DNA of 64,000 nt from a virus (Duplodnaviria; Caudoviricetes), in IMG/VR virus record IMGVR_UViG_3300035520_000529, positions 32,001 to 96,000 of that record; one strand, written 5' to 3'. Below the pieces are notes generated by a model. The model searched no databases and was not told the DNA's origin. It was given only the letters and a program-made list of their open reading frames with translations. A program made the position numbers and the translations under genes. Positions 60,930 to 64,000 of this stretch are shown here, piece after piece; positions within the stretch are counted from its first letter, which is position 1, and the number at the start of each line of letters is the position of its first letter.

Positions 60930-61527
60930 CTTCCGTTAACTCCTTTATCATCTTCTTAGCTTTATTTGCTCGTTTACCTTGCAATTTACAGCTAAAAACG
61001 GTCACAATTTGAATTAAGTCCTCAACTAGTTCTTCTTGTTCGGTTTTTTCGGTATTATCTATCACTTCGATTTCACAGTCATACAGTTCTGCAATATATT
61101 CAATTAATTCAAATCCAAAACGTGTAAGTCTATCCTTGTACAGAACAACAACCTTTGATATACTGTGGTTTATTATACATTTTATTAAATCTTGTAATCC
61201 TTTTCTTTTGTAGTTAATACCTGAACCTATATCGAATATTATTTCAAATGGTTTACCCTGTGCAATAAGATAGGTTTGCATATTTTCTATTTGTCTTTGC
61301 AAATCATCTTTTTGTTTAATAGAACTAACTCTACAATAACCTACAGTCTTTTCAACTTTTTTGACTGGTTTGTTTAACAATTGGTTTAAATCATCTTCGG
61401 AGTAGTAACGATAACCATTAGGACTTTTATGATGTGGTTTTAATTTCCCACTTCTATCCCAATTTCTCAACGTTTGTGCAGATACTCCTAATATTTTCGT
61501 CATTTCATGTATAGTGTAATATTTCAC
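60922..61527 (-). CDS. tnpA: IS607 serine transposase
   Basis: HTH, GYCRVSS, DIGSG, YKDRLTRFG. Confidence 0.95.
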   Translation of the reverse strand: MKYYTIHEMTKILGVSAQTLRNWDRSGKLKPHHKSPNGYRYYSEDDLNQLLNKPVKKVEKTVGYCRVSSIKQKDDLQRQIENMQTYLIAQGKPFEIIFDIGSGINYKRKGLQDLIKCIINHSISKVVVLYKDRLTRFGFELIEYIAELYDCEIEVIDNTEKTEQEELVEDLIQIVTVFSCKLQGKRANKAKKMIKELTEDD

Positions 61528-61699
61528 TCAAATCACCTCTATACATAGAATAACATAATTATTTATAAAAGTCAATATACATTTATAAGTTTTTATAAGT
61601 TTTCTCTAACTGTTAAAAGCCTCCTATCCTTAGTTACATCCACCTTGGACTTTTGCAAGTATATAGTATTAGCTCAGCGACATACTCTCTTCGCCTACA

Positions 61700-62131
61700 T
61701 TACGTTAGGGATAAAAAATTGTTAATATTAGTTAAATATATTCTAATAAGTTCTTTTTTCGCTTCAACCATATTTTCATATTCTCTTACCATCGGAATAG
61801 TAAATTTATACTCGTTAGAAAAATATTTGATATATTCATTAATGTTGAAATGCGGAATATCACTTAAAAGAGTTGAATTATAAATACCTTTTATATCATC
61901 AGATATAAGATTTAAAACAGTTTTCACTGTATTAATATCTAATTCATCATCAAATGATTTTAATTTACTATTAAAAATTTTTCCCTCAACATAAACAAAT
62001 TCAGTAAAGTTATCGTCTATGCAGTGTATAAGAATACCTAAATTTATCCTTTCACCTGCTATAATTGAGGGAGAGCATTGCAATATAGAATATTCAAATT
62101 TTTTCGTAAAAATCCCCTCCCTATAGTCCAA
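61700..62131 (-). CDS. DUF3037-domain protein
   Basis: FEYSILQCSP....GERINLGIL...KLKSFDDELD. Confidence 0.7.
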   Translation of the reverse strand: MDYREGIFTKKFEYSILQCSPSIIAGERINLGILIHCIDDNFTEFVYVEGKIFNSKLKSFDDELDINTVKTVLNLISDDIKGIYNSTLLSDIPHFNINEYIKYFSNEYKFTIPMVREYENMVEAKKELIRIYLTNINNFLSLT

Positions 62132-63122
62132 ATTTATCTTTGTTACTAGAAATAGCTTTTTTATCCGCTTTTATGTAGAATTTATTAGTAACATCCGTAG
62201 ATTTGTGGTTTAATAGGATAGAAATATCTTCGAGAGCCATTCCTCTATTTTTTAAGAGAGTTGCACCAGTATGCCTAAAATCGTGTGGATGTAGTTCTGG
62301 AATATCTATTAATTTTCCGATACGTTTACACCATCTCCAAAGGGTGGTAGAATCCACTTTGTGGTATATATTATCATCCTTAGAATTGGAATTTTTGGTA
62401 ATGAAAAGATACCCATTATCGTCAATATCGTTATCGTAACGATATTGTTGCAACCTCAAAAGAACCTCCTTAACCTCTTGCGAAAAGTACAGTGTTACGA
62501 GGTATCCCTCTTTTTCAATAACGTTGTTAATGGTTCTAGTTTCGTAATCTATCATTTTCCATTCAATGTTGCTAATTGCACTAACCCTCGCCATCGTGGA
62601 TAGCGACAACAACGCATAGCACTGATACTGCAACGCTAAATGAGTTTTATCTTTAAACGAGTACTCTCTAATCAAGTCTATTAATTGCTCTTTTAAAAGA
62701 CTAATCTGCTCATCGGTTAGAAAAGTTTGCGTAGCTACGTCAGTATCTTTTTTAGGGCGGTCTATAAATTCCATGGGATTTTCGGGTATAATTTTCTTTT
62801 TCCTTAGAAACTTATAGAATGCTCCTATGCTAGACATTCTGCGTTTCATCCTGCGAGAATTATTTCCATTGGACTTACAATAGTATAAAAATTCCACTAT
62901 GTCATCGGAATCAAGTTCGGTAATACATACGTTTCCTTGATTTTCTAATATGTAAATCCACCACGCTGATAAATCATAGTAATATTGATTTATAGTTTGT
63001 TCAGATAGTTCTCGCAAGGACATATCTATTTGGTATTTATTCCATAATTTTAGAGTAGTAGGGTTGATTTTTTCTAATTTATCAGAATTAAAAAGTTTAA
63101 CACGTTTGTGTTTATTAGACAT
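62121..63122 (-). CDS. Tyrosine recombinase (XerC/D-like)
   Basis: T.AR, HPHDFRH, LNH and FY catalytic residues. Confidence 0.9.
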   Translation of the reverse strand: MSNKHKRVKLFNSDKLEKINPTTLKLWNKYQIDMSLRELSEQTINQYYYDLSAWWIYILENQGNVCITELDSDDIVEFLYYCKSNGNNSRRMKRRMSSIGAFYKFLRKKKIIPENPMEFIDRPKKDTDVATQTFLTDEQISLLKEQLIDLIREYSFKDKTHLALQYQCYALLSLSTMARVSAISNIEWKMIDYETRTINNVIEKEGYLVTLYFSQEVKEVLLRLQQYRYDNDIDDNGYLFITKNSNSKDDNIYHKVDSTTLWRWCKRIGKLIDIPELHPHDFRHTGATLLKNRGMALEDISILLNHKSTDVTNKFYIKADKKAISSNKDKFGL

Positions 63123-63154
63123 CTTAAATCAATCCTTTCTAATATTTTTTGATA

Positions 63155-63225
63155 TTGCGGTGACTGGACTCGAACCAGTGTTTATAGCGTATGAGACTAC
63201 TGAGATTCCACTTCTCTACACCGCT
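63155..63225 (-). tRNA. tRNA-Met(CAT), initiator-like, no encoded CCA
   Basis: Cloverleaf: acceptor GCGGTG/CACCGC with 1:72 mismatch, D stem GAGA/TCTC, anticodon CAT, T arm ACTGG-TTCGAGT-CCAGT. Confidence 0.82.
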
Positions 63226-63337
63226 AAATATACGTACCCATGTGGGTTAGCGTAGAGTTTTACCACGTTCAACGCTATTGGTGAAAGTAAAGGAGGTGTT
63301 ATGAATGAATATATTATCATGTAAAATTTAGTAATTT

Positions 63338-64000
63338 TTACTCTTGTAAATCTTCTTTGTCATGTTCTAATTGTCTAAAAGAGATGGCTTTCTTTTTCTC
63401 TCTTTGATAGGCTTTGGACTTTATTAAGTATCCGTGAAAAGACTTTCTTTCGCCGTTTAAGACTCTTAAAATGTTCTTTCTTATGGTGTAATCATTTTCA
63501 CAACTTTCAAAGTTCTTCTTAAAATAGTTAGTTAATTCATACAAATCTTTAAACTTTATTTGGTTATTAGGATTCTTTTTGCTAACTATCGTAATAGGTA
63601 AATTTGCATAACCCACGTACTTCTTTTGAAGTTTAGGTTTTTTAGTTTTTATCTTTTTAATAGCCTTTAAATGAAATCGATATTTTTTTATCCATGATTT
63701 AAGAGTACTTTTACAAATACCATACTCTTTGGCAATTTCACCCATAGATTGACGTTTTAACTTATACAACAATTCTTCTCTCGTTGGAATAATGTCTATT
63801 CTTAAATACTCTGCGTGACATTCGTTACAGCAGAATATCGCATCTTTATTTTGACTTTTAAAGTCTTTCCCACAGTTTTTACACACAAAGTGGTAGTACA
63901 CTGGTGGACTAGTAAATGTATTGTCTCCCATGTCGACAAGCACTCCAGTTGCATGAAACCTATTATGGTCTCCAAAGGTTCTAAACACTAAGAGATTTTC
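63338..64000 (-). CDS. HNH endonuclease (5'-truncated) with Zn finger and HTH domains
   Basis: Frame is open from the window edge: ENLLVFRTFGDHNRFH (end of HNH motif), CKNCG...FCCNEC, HTH. Confidence 0.7.
   Translation of the reverse strand, partial: ENLLVFRTFGDHNRFHATGVLVDMGDNTFTSPPVYYHFVCKNCGKDFKSQNKDAIFCCNECHAEYLRIDIIPTREELLYKLKRQSMGEIAKEYGICKSTLKSWIKKYRFHLKAIKKIKTKKPKLQKKYVGYANLPITIVSKKNPNNQIKFKDLYELTNYFKKNFESCENDYTIRKNILRVLNGERKSFHGYLIKSKAYQREKKKAISFRQLEHDKEDLQE

Larger units (their letters stand above)
59569..61619 (-). mobile_element. IS607-family insertion sequence (TnpA+TnpB), no intron
   Basis: GG at both junctions (GGAGG|cttttaacag ... cagtaacGG|gtttta ATG). AAAACTTATA subterminal repeats. 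Confidence 0.88.

Noticed and set aside
59569-61619. Second IStron
   Set aside because: Only about 90 nt lie between the left end and tnpA, with no group I core elements.
62121-63225. tRNA plus integrase as a prophage boundary (att site)
   Set aside because: Phage-type sequence (HNH gene) continues past the tRNA, no duplicated tRNA 3' end was found, and composition does not shift.

Overview
AT-rich (~30% GC by eye) segment of a large tailed dsDNA phage of a low-GC Firmicute (clostridial/Ruminococcus-like by protein types). It looks like a phage-plasmid: a Rep_3-type initiator, ParA/ParB and three palindromic parS-like sites sit alongside a complete virion module. The + strand arm (1-16.6 kb) holds replication, partition, nucleotide-metabolism and DNA-modification genes: nrdD split by a group I intron with a LAGLIDADG endonuclease, nrdG, dUTPase, a PAPS-reductase-family gene, four methyltransferases (one frameshifted at an (AG)6 tract) and a HipA-like kinase. 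The - strand arm (64-16.7 kb) holds an HNH endonuclease, tRNA-Met(CAT), a tyrosine recombinase, an IS607, then terminase, portal, scaffold, capsid, neck, tail, tape measure, fibres, holin and endolysin. Main finding: the three tape-measure ORFs are exons of one ~3207-aa gene split by two closely related group I introns. Intron 1 (39435-41884) is an IS607 IStron (TnpA+TnpB) whose IS part is looped out by a 34-bp inverted repeat. Intron 2 (35562-38660) has no nuclease or transposase. Instead it carries an 845-aa BspA-type leucine-rich-repeat gene with its own sigma-A promoter, looped out of the P9 region by a perfect 13-bp helix, so a self-splicing intron appears to serve as a cargo-gene carrier inside an essential virion gene. 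Both introns predict non-canonical 5' splice-site pairs (G-C and C.A). All calls come from reading motifs by eye; no database searches were run.
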